From: an uncultured Spirochaetota bacterium
GTDB lineage: Bacteria; Spirochaetota; Spirochaetia; SZUA-6; Fen-1364
Length of the DNA stretch: 64,000 bases
Assembly (NCBI GenBank): GCA_963845535.1
Contig: CAWJSK010000012.1
Span: 640,001-704,000, forward strand
Direction of reading: 5' to 3'
Of this stretch, positions 21,639 through 30,940 are shown piece by piece; the stretch's first letter is position 1, and each line of letters starts with the position of its first letter. Position numbers and translations under genes: made by a program. The notes under the pieces are model-generated. The model searched no databases. It worked only from the letters and a program-made list of their open reading frames with translations, and was not told the origin of the DNA.

Positions 21639-22748
21639 TCAGCCGCGCGCAAACGCCTCCGCCCTGAGAAACGCGTTGAGCTGGGCGCTGAACGCTGATT
21701 CCCGCCAGGTGGTGGCCCGACGAAGGGACGGGATGTCGCGACAGCCCGTGAGAACCATGACCGTCCGCAGTGTCTTTTCGAGCCTTCGGAAAAAGCCGAT
21801 CACCGCGTCAGCTCCGCCCGCGGTCACCTCCCTGATTACAGGGAGCGCAAATCCGACCATTTGCGCGCCCATGGCGAGCGCCTTTGCGGCGTCCAGCCCA
21901 CCGCGCACTCCCCCGGAGGCAAGAAGGCGAATCTGCGTGCCGCCAAAGGACGCCAGAAGCAGGGCCGTGGGAATCCCCCAGTCACTGAATTGCTCCGCCG
22001 TGGCAAGCTCTGCTTCCGGGAGACGGTAGGACTCGACGAGGATCCAGTTGGTGCCGCCCGCGCCTGCCAGGTCCACATAGGCGGCCCCGGAGGCAAGAAG
22101 CTCCCGTGCAAGGTGAGGCGCAATCCCGAACCCGGTTTCCTTGACAATCACGGGCAGGGGACATTCCTCGCACACGCGCGCAATGGTTTCCTTCAACCCG
22201 CGGAAATCCCTGTCCCCCTCGGGCTGAAACAGCTCCTGTCCGGCGTTCACATGGATGACGAGCGCCTGGGCTTCAAGGCGCTTGAGCAGCTCGTAGACCG
22301 CCGGCCGATCCATGTCCCTCAACTGGACCGCCCCGAGGTTGGCCAGGATGGGAACGTTGGGAGCAAGGGGTTTCATGTTGAAATGGGTGAAGAGCTCGGG
22401 ATTCTCGACAAGCACCCTCATGGAGCCAAGACCCACGGGAATACAAAGCGCCTCCGCGGCGCGCGCAAGCTCCTTGTTGGCCTTGAAGCCCCCCGCGGAC
22501 CCTCCTGTCATGCAGGAAATAAAGAAGGGAAGCTTGACGTGATAGCCCAGGAAGTCAACGCCGGTGTCGAGCTCGGTTTCGTTCAGCTCCGGCAAGGCGA
22601 TGTGGACGAACCGTACGCCGCCGAATCCGCCGCCTTTTCCTTCAACGGAGTATCGGGACGGGTCGGTGCAGATCGCCAGGTGCCCCGCTTTCCTTGAGGT
22701 GGTCTCCCGGCTCCTTTTCCCCTGTGAACGCGTACTCACGGTATCCAT
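21639..22748 (-). CDS. fni: Type 2 (FMN-dependent) isopentenyl-diphosphate delta-isomerase
   Basis: Motifs RKAGHL, SCMTGG, GS.R, NLGAVQ, HVNAGQELFQPEGD, VKETGFG, AGAGGTNW and ASGGVR. Start uncertain (22748 ATG, 22739 GTG, or fusion to mvaS). Confidence 0.93.
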   Translation of the reverse strand: MDTVSTRSQGKRSRETTSRKAGHLAICTDPSRYSVEGKGGGFGGVRFVHIALPELNETELDTGVDFLGYHVKLPFFISCMTGGSAGGFKANKELARAAEALCIPVGLGSMRVLVENPELFTHFNMKPLAPNVPILANLGAVQLRDMDRPAVYELLKRLEAQALVIHVNAGQELFQPEGDRDFRGLKETIARVCEECPLPVIVKETGFGIAPHLARELLASGAAYVDLAGAGGTNWILVESYRLPEAELATAEQFSDWGIPTALLLASFGGTQIRLLASGGVRGGLDAAKALAMGAQMVGFALPVIREVTAGGADAVIGFFRRLEKTLRTVMVLTGCRDIPSLRRATTWRESAFSAQLNAFLRAEAFARG

Positions 22749-24003
22749 CCTTCCGTATTCCGTTCAGCACGAATGCCCTGGAGGGCGGCTTGACATGGGA
22801 AAGAAGCTCGGCATACAGCTCAGGCTGGGCGGGGCCGGCAATCCACGCCTCATACTCCTCAAAGCCCGCCCGTCGGGCGGAGCTCAGCACCCGGTCAAGG
22901 CCCCAATGGGAAATGACCTTGGGCGCTTCAGGGGCCACGCGGCCGGCAAAGACGATCATCGTGTTTCCGCTTCCGTAGGAGGCGAAGAGCAGCCGCTTGC
23001 CCACGATCCCCTCACCAAGCGCCTGGTAGCGTTCGTGGAGAAGGAACGCAAGCACGGCGAAAAGGGAGCCGTTGTATATGTTGCCGATCCTGCCAAGAGG
23101 ATCAACGCCGGAAGCAAAGCTCTTTTCCTCCAGGAAGGACTTTGTCCGTGCCGCGTCGAAACCAAGGATGCGCTCGAAAAGCTTGGCAAGCGCCGTCTCC
23201 GGCATTCGGCGGAAAGGAGCGTGCAGGATGAAGTAGTCGGTGGACAGGAGCTCCTCATCAGGTTTCGCGCCCCTTCGGGTGCAATAGTCGAGGAATGCGT
23301 CGTGAAGGCTCTCCCAGTAGCACTTCATGGAATAGCTCCCGTTGACGCGGGCCGTTATGGACCCCAGCGGACGGAAGAAATCATCCACGTCCCTCGAGCA
23401 GAACCCGAGATTCGTGATATCCAGCTCCACCAGCCGGGGAGATGACTCCACAAGAAGGGACACCGCGCCGGCGCCCTGCGTGATCTCCGCGGTGGATTTC
23501 GTTTCATAGCGGGCGATGTCGGTGCTGAGGACAAGCCCTGAATCACCCGCCTTGCCCCCGGCGGCAAGAAGGCCTGCAACGCTGAGAAGGCCGAAAGTCC
23601 CGCCGGCGCACGCATGCTGGGTCTGGAAGCTGGAGAGGGAGGTTGGCAGCCGGATGCCGGCTTTCTGGAGCATGCCTTGCACGTAGGCGGACACCGGCTT
23701 GGAATGGTCAACGCCCGTCTCCGTGCCGACGATCAGGTGCCGGAGAGAGTCCATGTCCAGGCCGGGGTTCCTGGCAAACAGGTCGTAGGCGGAGCTGGCG
23801 GCAAGCGTTGCGCTGTCCTCCCAGAGCTCAGGGAACCGGAACGCCGTCTGCCCGGTCACGCGTCCTGCCCGTTCGAGGTGTCTGTCCAGCATGGGGTTGT
23901 CACGAACCCGTTTTTCGACGAGAGCTTCCACATCCATTTCCGGGGGAGGCACATATATCCCCAAGTCACTGATGCCAACGCTTCTGTCCTGCCTGCTTTT
24001 CAC
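22642..24003 (-). CDS. mvaS: Hydroxymethylglutaryl-CoA synthase
   Basis: Motifs VGTETGVDHSK, HACAG (catalytic Cys), TDIARY, EITQGAGAV, DFFRP, LHAPF, GNIYNGS and SYGSG. GTG start at 24003 with GGAGG upstream. Confidence 0.95.
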   Translation of the reverse strand: MKSRQDRSVGISDLGIYVPPPEMDVEALVEKRVRDNPMLDRHLERAGRVTGQTAFRFPELWEDSATLAASSAYDLFARNPGLDMDSLRHLIVGTETGVDHSKPVSAYVQGMLQKAGIRLPTSLSSFQTQHACAGGTFGLLSVAGLLAAGGKAGDSGLVLSTDIARYETKSTAEITQGAGAVSLLVESSPRLVELDITNLGFCSRDVDDFFRPLGSITARVNGSYSMKCYWESLHDAFLDYCTRRGAKPDEELLSTDYFILHAPFRRMPETALAKLFERILGFDAARTKSFLEEKSFASGVDPLGRIGNIYNGSLFAVLAFLLHERYQALGEGIVGKRLLFASYGSGNTMIVFAGRVAPEAPKVISHWGLDRVLSSARRAGFEEYEAWIAGPAQPELYAELLSHVKPPSRAFVLNGIRKDGYREYAFTGEKEPGDHLKESGAPGDLHRPVPILR

Positions 24004-24275
24004 TTGCAACCCTCCGATGCGTACCATGCCGGGCAATGTTCAGCATGGCAAATAGTGTGAGAATCACAGCCCCCAAGGGCAAATATACACGCTTTAGGCC
24101 ACCGCTTAAACAGTCATGTCTGGCCTCATTGATATAGCAAGAAAAATGCCAAGACGGCCTCCAATTGGATATTTCAATTGGTTATATTGCAAGTAATTAA
24201 CGACATGCTCATATTCGTGTGAAGAAAGTTGGCCGTTCGTCTGCTTTTCTGTTATTTGCTTTCTGAATTTAATAA

Positions 24276-24305
24276 CCGGGGAAGAGGCTTGCGCCCCCTC
24301 CCCGG
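24276..24305 (-). terminator. Probable intrinsic terminator of the sugar ABC operon
   Basis: Minus strand CCGGGGAGGGGGC-GCAA-GCCTCTTCCCCGG followed by TTATTAAATT. Confidence 0.75.
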
Positions 24306-24329
24306 CCTTTGCGTTCAAGAGATTACGAT

Positions 24330-24359
24330 CTAATACGCGTCGTTCTAATACGCGTCGTT
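24330..24359 (-). repeat. 15-nt tandem duplication of the last four codons plus stop of the binding-protein gene
   Basis: CTAATACGCGTCGTT x2 (minus strand AAC GAC GCG TAT TAG twice). Confidence 0.95.
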
Positions 24360-25304
24360 GAGGTACTGGCTCACGTTGTCAGCAGTCACGGTGACGCTCG
24401 GCTCGATATTGATCTTGTCGAACTTCTGACCCATGAGAATCTTCTTGGCAAGCTGCACTGCGCGTCCGCCCAGCGTGGGGAAGTACGACATGGAGCAGCC
24501 ATAGAGCGGGTTCTTGTCGCTCATGAGCTTATACGCCGTCTTGCCGCCGCCCGTGCCGGTGACGAACTGGATGTCGGTGCGCCCGGCATTCTTGATTGCC
24601 GTGAGCGCTCCCACCGCGGCTTCGTCGTCCTGCGTGTACACCGCGTCGATGTGCGGATAGGCGGGAAGAATGTTGGACATGGCCTTCAGTCCGGCGTTCT
24701 GGTTGAACTCGCCGTCGCCTTCCACAAGCACCTTGATGTCAGGGTAGTTGGCCTTCAGAGTGTCCATGAATCCGTTGTAGCGCTGCAAGTCAATCGGGGT
24801 GCCCACGTAGCTCCTGAGCACCGCAATCTGCCCCTTGCCCTTCAGACGGTCTCCCAGGTACTTCGCCGCGCCCTTGCCGCACTGCGCGTTGTCCCCACCG
24901 TAGAACACGGTGTAGGTGTCCCCCTCGATGGCCCGGTCAATGATGAACAGCTTCGTGCCCGCCTTGTATATCTCCTGGCAGATCGGGGTCATCAGCGTCC
25001 CGTTGCCCGGCAGCACCATGATCATGTCATAGCCGCCCGCCTTGAACGTCTGCAGCATGTTGAGCTGGTCCGCGTCATCCACGGCGTTTTTCACCGTGAA
25101 ATCGAACTTGTCGGTGTCCTTGGCCACCTCCGCGTTGACGGAGTCCAAAAGCTTCGCCTGCCACGCGTTGTTTGCCGGGGGCAGGGAAATGGCCACGCGG
25201 AACTTCTTTCCAGCCGCCGCGCCGCCTTCCTTGGTCCCGTTGGCAAACACCGCCAGCGGCAGCAGCACGAGGGCTGCCACCATCACGAGTACAGATCTTT
25301 TCAT
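24345..25304 (-). CDS. Sugar ABC transporter periplasmic binding protein (RbsB-like, CUT2)
   Basis: AAGGAGG RBS before ATG 25304. Signal peptide MKRSVLVMVAALVLLPLAVFA|NGTKE; Peripla_BP-like motifs IDR, GGDN..G, RYNGF and IDAVYTQDD. Confidence 0.92.
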   Translation of the reverse strand: MKRSVLVMVAALVLLPLAVFANGTKEGGAAAGKKFRVAISLPPANNAWQAKLLDSVNAEVAKDTDKFDFTVKNAVDDADQLNMLQTFKAGGYDMIMVLPGNGTLMTPICQEIYKAGTKLFIIDRAIEGDTYTVFYGGDNAQCGKGAAKYLGDRLKGKGQIAVLRSYVGTPIDLQRYNGFMDTLKANYPDIKVLVEGDGEFNQNAGLKAMSNILPAYPHIDAVYTQDDEAAVGALTAIKNAGRTDIQFVTGTGGGKTAYKLMSDKNPLYGCSMSYFPTLGGRAVQLAKKILMGQKFDKINIEPSVTVTADNVSQYLNDAY

Positions 25305-25336
25305 CAAGATCCTCCTTGGAGAAACTGTATGTCTCA

Positions 25337-26326
25337 TTATCGCTCCCGTCTCTGCATTAGAACCGCAAAGAGTATCACGGCACCCTTCACGGCCCCCGAG
25401 AGATAAGGCGATATATTGAGCATGATCATCATGTTGTTGACTATCCCCAGGATGATGAAACCGACAATGCTTCCTATGATGCGACCCTTGCCGCCAGCGA
25501 GGGACGTGCCGCCGACAATCACCGCCGTGATTGCCTCGAACTCGTAATTGGACCCGGAGGTCGTTGCGGCAACCGCCGCCATCCGCGACATCTCGATCAC
25601 CGCGGCAATTCCCGTGCACAAGCCAACGATCATGTAGGTAGCAATACGGATGCGGTCCACCTTGATCCCCGAGAAGCGCGCCGCGTTCTCGTTCCCGCCC
25701 ACCGCGAACACGTACGTGCCGAACTTCGTGCGCGTGAGGATTATATGGAAGACGATTGCCATGAGGATGGCGACAACGAACGGAATGGGGACGCGGAGCC
25801 AGGAGCCGTTTCCGATGTTTGTGAACTGGGGAATGTTGTTCCCCATCACCGTGGCCCCGCGCATGAAATACATGACGAGGGACCTCGCAAGGATTCCCAC
25901 CGCCAGCGTGACAATGAAGGGGGGAAGGTTGGCCTTGGTGATGATGATCCCGTTCAAGAAGCCGAATGCCGTGGCAACGGCAATGCATGCAAGGATGGCA
26001 ACAACCAGCGGAACCGCGGGACTGCCGTCCGCGTTGACCATGCGCTGCAGAAGGATGAGCACCGCTCCTGCCGTGGCAAGGACGGGCCCGCTTGAAAGGT
26101 CGATGCCCCCGGCAATGATCACCAGCGTCATGCCAAGCGCAATGGCCCCGATGGTCGATGTATTCCTCAAAATGTTCAGCAGGTTGTCCATCAAGAGGAA
26201 GCGCGGCGCCGCCAACCCGCAGATGCCGATGATTGCGATGAACACGACCAGGATGCTGTAATTTCGCCAGATGTTCCTCGCCAGAGAGAGAACCTTGTTG
26301 TCCATCTGTCGTTCGAGGGCCACCAT
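25337..26326 (-). CDS. Sugar ABC transporter permease (RbsC-like)
   Basis: Motifs GGIDLSSG, LPPFIVTL, AVGGNENAARFSGI and YEFEAITAVIVGGTSLAGG. Confidence 0.95.
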   Translation of the reverse strand: MVALERQMDNKVLSLARNIWRNYSILVVFIAIIGICGLAAPRFLLMDNLLNILRNTSTIGAIALGMTLVIIAGGIDLSSGPVLATAGAVLILLQRMVNADGSPAVPLVVAILACIAVATAFGFLNGIIITKANLPPFIVTLAVGILARSLVMYFMRGATVMGNNIPQFTNIGNGSWLRVPIPFVVAILMAIVFHIILTRTKFGTYVFAVGGNENAARFSGIKVDRIRIATYMIVGLCTGIAAVIEMSRMAAVAATTSGSNYEFEAITAVIVGGTSLAGGKGRIIGSIVGFIILGIVNNMMIMLNISPYLSGAVKGAVILFAVLMQRRER

Positions 26327-26328
26327 GT

Positions 26329-27828
26329 CTATCCTTCTCCTGCCCGCACGTCTGTCGCGTAGTACATGATTTTTTCCTCGTTCATCTCGGACGCGTTCAA
26401 GGTCCCGGTGATGCGCCCTTCATGCATGATCACAACCCGTTCGCAGATGCTCAGGATCTCCGGCAGGTCGGAAGACACCACCACGATGGCCACGCCCTCC
26501 GCGGCCAGCTCCTTGATGATCTGATAGAGCTCCTGCCGGGCCCCCACGTCCACACCGCGGGTTGGCTCGTCCAGCACCAATACCTTGGCCCCGGAGAGCA
26601 GCCACTTCGCAAGGGCCACCTTCTGCTGGTTGCCCCCGGAGAGGTTGCTCACGTGCTGCGCGGGGCTTGCGCAGCGGATCCCGAGCCTCTGGATCATTCT
26701 CTTCGCGTTGGCCGCTGAGATCTTCTTGCCCTTGAACACTCCCAGCGTCTTCCGCCAGTACACGTAGTTGGAGTTGTCCACGATATCACGGCAGAGAACC
26801 AGCCCGGTCTCCTTGCGGTCCTCTGTCACGAACCCCAGGTCGCACCTGATGGCATCGATTGCGCTCCTGATGGTCACGGGCTTTCCCTGGATGAGCACGC
26901 TGCCCTTCTCGGGCTTGCGGAGGCCGAAGATCACTTCCATCAGCTCCGTCCTTCCCGCTCCCACCAGCCCGCTGAACCCCAGGATCTCTCCCCGGCGCAC
27001 CTGAAAGCTCACCCCTTTCAGGAGCTTGTCAGTCACCTCACGCGCTTCCAGCATCACCGTGTCCGGGTCACCGGCAAAGTCCGATGCCCGGGACTCCTTG
27101 ACTTCCCGCCCAACCATCAGCGCAGCAATCTGCTGCGCCGTGACCTCCGAGACGTCCCGCGTGGCCACAAGCGACCCGTCTCTCAACACTGTCACCTGGT
27201 GGCACACGTCAATGATCTCTTTCAGGCGGTGGGAGATGTACACAACCGCTATGCCCTGGTCACTCAGGGAGGCAATCAGGTCGAAAAGCACCCGTGTCTC
27301 CTTGCCGGTAAGCACGGAGGTGGGCTCATCCATCACAAGCAGCTCGACGTTGAAGCTGATGGCCTTCGCAATCTCCACCATCTGCTTCTGAGCGATCTTC
27401 AGGTCTCTCACTTTGCGCCGGGGGTCGATCTTCTCCCCCAGCCTGCTCAAGGTGGTCGCGGCCTCTTCGTTCATCCTGGCAAAATTGATCAATCCCGAGG
27501 AGCCCCGCGGCTCGCGGCACAGAAAGATGTTCTGCGCCACTGTCAGCTCGTTCAGCAGGTTCAGCTCCTGGTGGATCATGGACACCCCGAGCCGTTGCAT
27601 CTCCATGGGCGTGGCGTTCCTCCGTACGGATGCGCCTTTGAGCACGATCTCTCCGGCATCCTGAGCGTGGATGCCTGAGAGGATTTTCATCAGCGTTGAT
27701 TTGCCCGCGCCATTTTCCCCGCAGAGGCCCATGATCTGGCCCTTCTTGACGTCGAAGTTCACCTTGTGCAGCACTTCCACGCCGAAGAAGCTCTTGCTGA
27801 TCCCCTGCATGTTGAGCATCATCGCCAT
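26329..27828 (-). CDS. Sugar ABC transporter ATP-binding protein (RbsA-like, two ABC domains)
   Basis: Motifs GENGAGKST, MDEPT, GLVGAGRTE, LSGGNQQK and LDEPTRGVDVG. Confidence 0.96.
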   Translation of the reverse strand: MAMMLNMQGISKSFFGVEVLHKVNFDVKKGQIMGLCGENGAGKSTLMKILSGIHAQDAGEIVLKGASVRRNATPMEMQRLGVSMIHQELNLLNELTVAQNIFLCREPRGSSGLINFARMNEEAATTLSRLGEKIDPRRKVRDLKIAQKQMVEIAKAISFNVELLVMDEPTSVLTGKETRVLFDLIASLSDQGIAVVYISHRLKEIIDVCHQVTVLRDGSLVATRDVSEVTAQQIAALMVGREVKESRASDFAGDPDTVMLEAREVTDKLLKGVSFQVRRGEILGFSGLVGAGRTELMEVIFGLRKPEKGSVLIQGKPVTIRSAIDAIRCDLGFVTEDRKETGLVLCRDIVDNSNYVYWRKTLGVFKGKKISAANAKRMIQRLGIRCASPAQHVSNLSGGNQQKVALAKWLLSGAKVLVLDEPTRGVDVGARQELYQIIKELAAEGVAIVVVSSDLPEILSICERVVIMHEGRITGTLNASEMNEEKIMYYATDVRAGEG

Positions 27829-28049
27829 AGCTCACGTCCTGTCACACCAGCCACGCTCGCACTCCCTCATCGAAAGGCCGTGACCCTGGGTCCCTGAACC
27901 TCAAGAGTAGCAGTTAAAGGAACGCGGAAGCCTTTTGCCGCGCACCTTCCCCCTCCATCGCTCCCTGGCAAGTTCTCTTAAAATCTCGCTAAGCGCTGGA
28001 GTATCGTTTTTTGTTGCTTTTTTTTTCTTGTTATCGATTGTTGAGTTAT

Positions 28050-28079
28050 ATACTAGACACCGCCCCAGCGATTTGTCAA
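28050..28079 (-). promoter_or_regulatory. Putative sigma70 promoter of the sugar ABC operon
   Basis: Minus strand TTGACA (28079-28074), an 18-nt spacer, then TAGTAT (28055-28050), in an AT-rich intergenic region. Confidence 0.6.
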
Positions 28080-28189
28080 TATGTTAAGATTGCAAAACCG
28101 CACGCTAATATGCCTCAACGTTTTGCCTTAAATTGGAGCTAATCAAGGGTATCATGCACCGCGTATCCTGCGCTGCCGAGCCTCCCGTT

Positions 28190-28224
28190 CTATTGCTTCA
28201 GTGACGTCTATTGCTTCAGTGACG
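28190..28224 (-). repeat. Tandem duplication (18-nt period) of the 3' end plus stop of the alcohol dehydrogenase gene
   Basis: CTATTGCTTCAGTGACG at 28190 and at 28208. Confidence 0.95.
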
Positions 28225-29257
28225 CCATATCGATCACGAATCGATACTTCACGTCGCTCTTCAGCAGGCGCTCGTAGGCCCGGTTGATCTGCTGGATGCG
28301 GATCTTTTCGATGTCGCACGTGATCCCGTGAGCCGCGCAGAAGTCGAGCATTTCCTGCGTCTCCCGTATCCCGCCGATATTGGAGCCGGCAAAGCTGATT
28401 CGCTTGCCGGTCAGCATGAAAACGGAGACAGGAAGCGGGTCCGACGGAAGGCCCACCTGGACGAGCGTCCTGTCGCGCTTCAGGAGCGAGAGGTAAGCGT
28501 TGATGTCGTGCTTCGCGGATACGGTGTCCAGGACGAAATCGAACCTGTTCTGGTTCTTCTTCATCTGCGCTGCGTCCTTGGAGACCACCACCTCGTGCGC
28601 GCCCAGGCGGAGGGCATCCTCCTTCTTTCCCTTGGACGTGGTGAACACCACCACTTCGGCGCCGAGCGCCCGGGCCAGCTTCACGCCCATGTGGCCCAGG
28701 CCGCCGAGCCCGACCACACCCACTCTCTGCCCCTTGCCCACTTTCCAGCGGCGCAGCGGCGAATACGTGGTGATGCCGGCGCACAGAAGCGGCGCGGCGG
28801 AGGCAAGGTCCAGCTTTGCGGGCACGTGGACCACGAAGGCCTCATCCACAACGATTCTCTCGGAGTACCCTCCATAGGTCATCCCTCCGAAACGCGTGTC
28901 CTCGCTGTTGTACGTCCACGTGGGGCCGGCCTCGCAGTACTGCTCGAGGCCCTCCTTGCAGCTCGCGCACGTGCGGCAGGAATACACCATGCAGCCCACC
29001 CCGGCGGTGTCCCCTTCCTTGAGCTTCCTCACCTGCGGGCCCGCGGCCGCCACTCTGCCAACGATCTCATGGCCGGGGACGATGGGAAACGTGCTTCCGC
29101 GCCAGTCGTTGCGCACCTGGTGCAGGTCGGAATGACAGACCCCGCAGTACTGGATGTCGATCACGATGTCATGGGGGCCCGGTTCCCTTCTTTGAAAGCT
29201 GAAAGGAGCAAGGGGCGATGTCGCGCTCTTGGCTGCGTAGCCACGAACTGTGCTCAT
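28208..29257 (-). CDS. Zn-dependent NAD(P)-dependent alcohol dehydrogenase (YahK/cinnamyl-alcohol dehydrogenase type)
   Basis: Motifs CGVCHSD, GHEIVG, C..C..C.......C, APLLCAGITTY, GLGGLGH and VKYRFVID. Confidence 0.95.
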   Translation of the reverse strand: MSTVRGYAAKSATSPLAPFSFQRREPGPHDIVIDIQYCGVCHSDLHQVRNDWRGSTFPIVPGHEIVGRVAAAGPQVRKLKEGDTAGVGCMVYSCRTCASCKEGLEQYCEAGPTWTYNSEDTRFGGMTYGGYSERIVVDEAFVVHVPAKLDLASAAPLLCAGITTYSPLRRWKVGKGQRVGVVGLGGLGHMGVKLARALGAEVVVFTTSKGKKEDALRLGAHEVVVSKDAAQMKKNQNRFDFVLDTVSAKHDINAYLSLLKRDRTLVQVGLPSDPLPVSVFMLTGKRISFAGSNIGGIRETQEMLDFCAAHGITCDIEKIRIQQINRAYERLLKSDVKYRFVIDMASLKQ

Positions 29258-29286
29258 GGGAAACCTCCTTGTGTGCGGCTTTCGCT

Positions 29287-30276
29287 TTACCCGACATTCT
29301 CCCAGGTACCGGATTTCTCCGACCTGAAAAGGGCATCCAGCACTTTCATGTTGTTGATTGCGTCCTGCGGCGGCGTGGGAACATCTCCTTCACCGCGGAC
29401 CGCCCGGGAGAATCCTTCGAACATCTGCTGGTACTGGTCAGCGGCTTGCGTGAAGACGTTCCTCTCCCCCACTCCCGTGGTGACGGTGAGCTTCATGGGG
29501 GAGTCAGGGTAGGCGTTGTACGGCAGGTGGATCCGCATCTCTCCGCCGGAGCCGATCACGTCCACCTTCTGCCAGGAGAACGTCTGCGTGCCCACCGTGA
29601 AGACCGAGCGCGCGCTCCCGAAGTCCAGGATGCCGGAAGCCAGTATGTCCGTCTTGAGCTTGGGGTCCCTGGTCACGAGGCTCACCACGCGTGTGGGCTC
29701 CCGCCCGATCATGAAGCGCGCGGTGGAAACCGCATAACACCCGATGTCGGGGATGCCGCCGCCCCCCATCGACAACACGTTCCTGATGTTGGTGGGGTCG
29801 GTCAGCGTGTAGGTGAAAAGCGTATGCACCGAGTGCACGTCCCCCAGCTCCCCGGCTTTCACGATCTCACGGGCGCGCTGCCACTGCGGATGGAGGCGAT
29901 ACATGAAACCCTCCATGACGCGCACTCCCCTTTTCTCCGCGTGTCGGACGGCATCCTCAGCCTCGCGGGCGTCAAGGGCGAACGGCTTCTCGCACAGGAC
30001 GTGCTTGCCTGCGTCCGCGCACTTCTTCACCCATTCCGCGTGCATGTGGTTGGGAAGCGGGATGTAGACCGCCTCTATTTCCTTGTCCGCCAGAAGCTCC
30101 TCATAGGAGCCATAAGCCCGAGGGATGCCGAACTCCCGGGCAAACGCCTGAGCCTTGTCCCGGGAGCGCGAGGCCACCGCGCGCATCTGCACGAGCGGGG
30201 ACTTCACGACATAGGTATGCACGCGCAGACGATAATGAGTGGAAACCGAAAGGACGCCCCAGACAACTGGCTTCAT
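29287..30276 (-). CDS. Gfo/Idh/MocA family oxidoreductase
   Basis: Motifs AVYIPLPNHMHAEW, HVLCEKP, EGFMYR.HPQ and GGG..DIGCY. Confidence 0.93.
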   Translation of the reverse strand: MKPVVWGVLSVSTHYRLRVHTYVVKSPLVQMRAVASRSRDKAQAFAREFGIPRAYGSYEELLADKEIEAVYIPLPNHMHAEWVKKCADAGKHVLCEKPFALDAREAEDAVRHAEKRGVRVMEGFMYRLHPQWQRAREIVKAGELGDVHSVHTLFTYTLTDPTNIRNVLSMGGGGIPDIGCYAVSTARFMIGREPTRVVSLVTRDPKLKTDILASGILDFGSARSVFTVGTQTFSWQKVDVIGSGGEMRIHLPYNAYPDSPMKLTVTTGVGERNVFTQAADQYQQMFEGFSRAVRGEGDVPTPPQDAINNMKVLDALFRSEKSGTWENVG

Positions 30277-30335
30277 CTTTCACCTCCGTCATAAAATGAC
30301 TCCGCCCTGTCAGGCGGTCAAGCCTGACGTGACAT

Positions 30336-30830
30336 TCAGGCGCCGTCAGCCGCCGGATCCTGCTCAGTGCGCCGGGTCATGATCCTCGTGGTTCTCCCCT
30401 CGAATCCCGCCCGCTCGCAAAGCTTGACCGTAGCCTTGTCCGCCGCGGCATCAACCTCGATTGCGCAGGTCCCCGCGGGCGCAACCTTGGCAAGCAGCTC
30501 AAGGAAGTCCTCCGCGATCCCATCCCCCCGATGGTCCGGATCCAGGAAAAGCTCATCGATCTTGATTACCGCGGCCCCGTATTCGCTTCTCCATTGGTTG
30601 ACCAGGACGCAATACCCCACGAGGTCCTGCCCTTTTTCGAACAGGAAGATCGATCCGCGGTCAGGATGGCGGGAAAGCTCTCCCACGGTCCGCAGCATTC
30701 TTTCCCGGGAATCCTGTGCGGCTTCCTTACCGGCGGCAGACTGCGCAGCGAGCCGCAGAAGGACGGGCATGTCGTCACGCCGGGGAAGGCGGTAGCATGC
30801 CTTGCTTGTCACAAGGTCATAGTTGAGCAC
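30336..30830 (-). CDS. GNAT family N-acetyltransferase
   Basis: IDELFLDPDHRGDGIA acetyl-CoA motif A; C-terminal L.ERAGF. Confidence 0.75.
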   Translation of the reverse strand: MLNYDLVTSKACYRLPRRDDMPVLLRLAAQSAAGKEAAQDSRERMLRTVGELSRHPDRGSIFLFEKGQDLVGYCVLVNQWRSEYGAAVIKIDELFLDPDHRGDGIAEDFLELLAKVAPAGTCAIEVDAAADKATVKLCERAGFEGRTTRIMTRRTEQDPAADGA

Positions 30831-30940
30831 GAAGTGAACCTGCCGGGACCATGATTGCAGCTTCGCGGCGGAGGTTCAAGCGTCTGCTTCAGAGCATGAC
30901 AGGCTCCGTCCTTGGTGTCATAATGTTGCAGGGGAGCAAA

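Noticed and set aside
24345..25988. 547-aa ORF suggesting an extended binding protein
   Set aside because: The upstream part is an off-frame overlap with the permease; the real start is ATG 25304 with an RBS and signal peptide.
27829..28049. About 220-nt leader of the sugar ABC operon with a short possible uORF
   Set aside because: No recognisable riboswitch or attenuator features; insufficient evidence.
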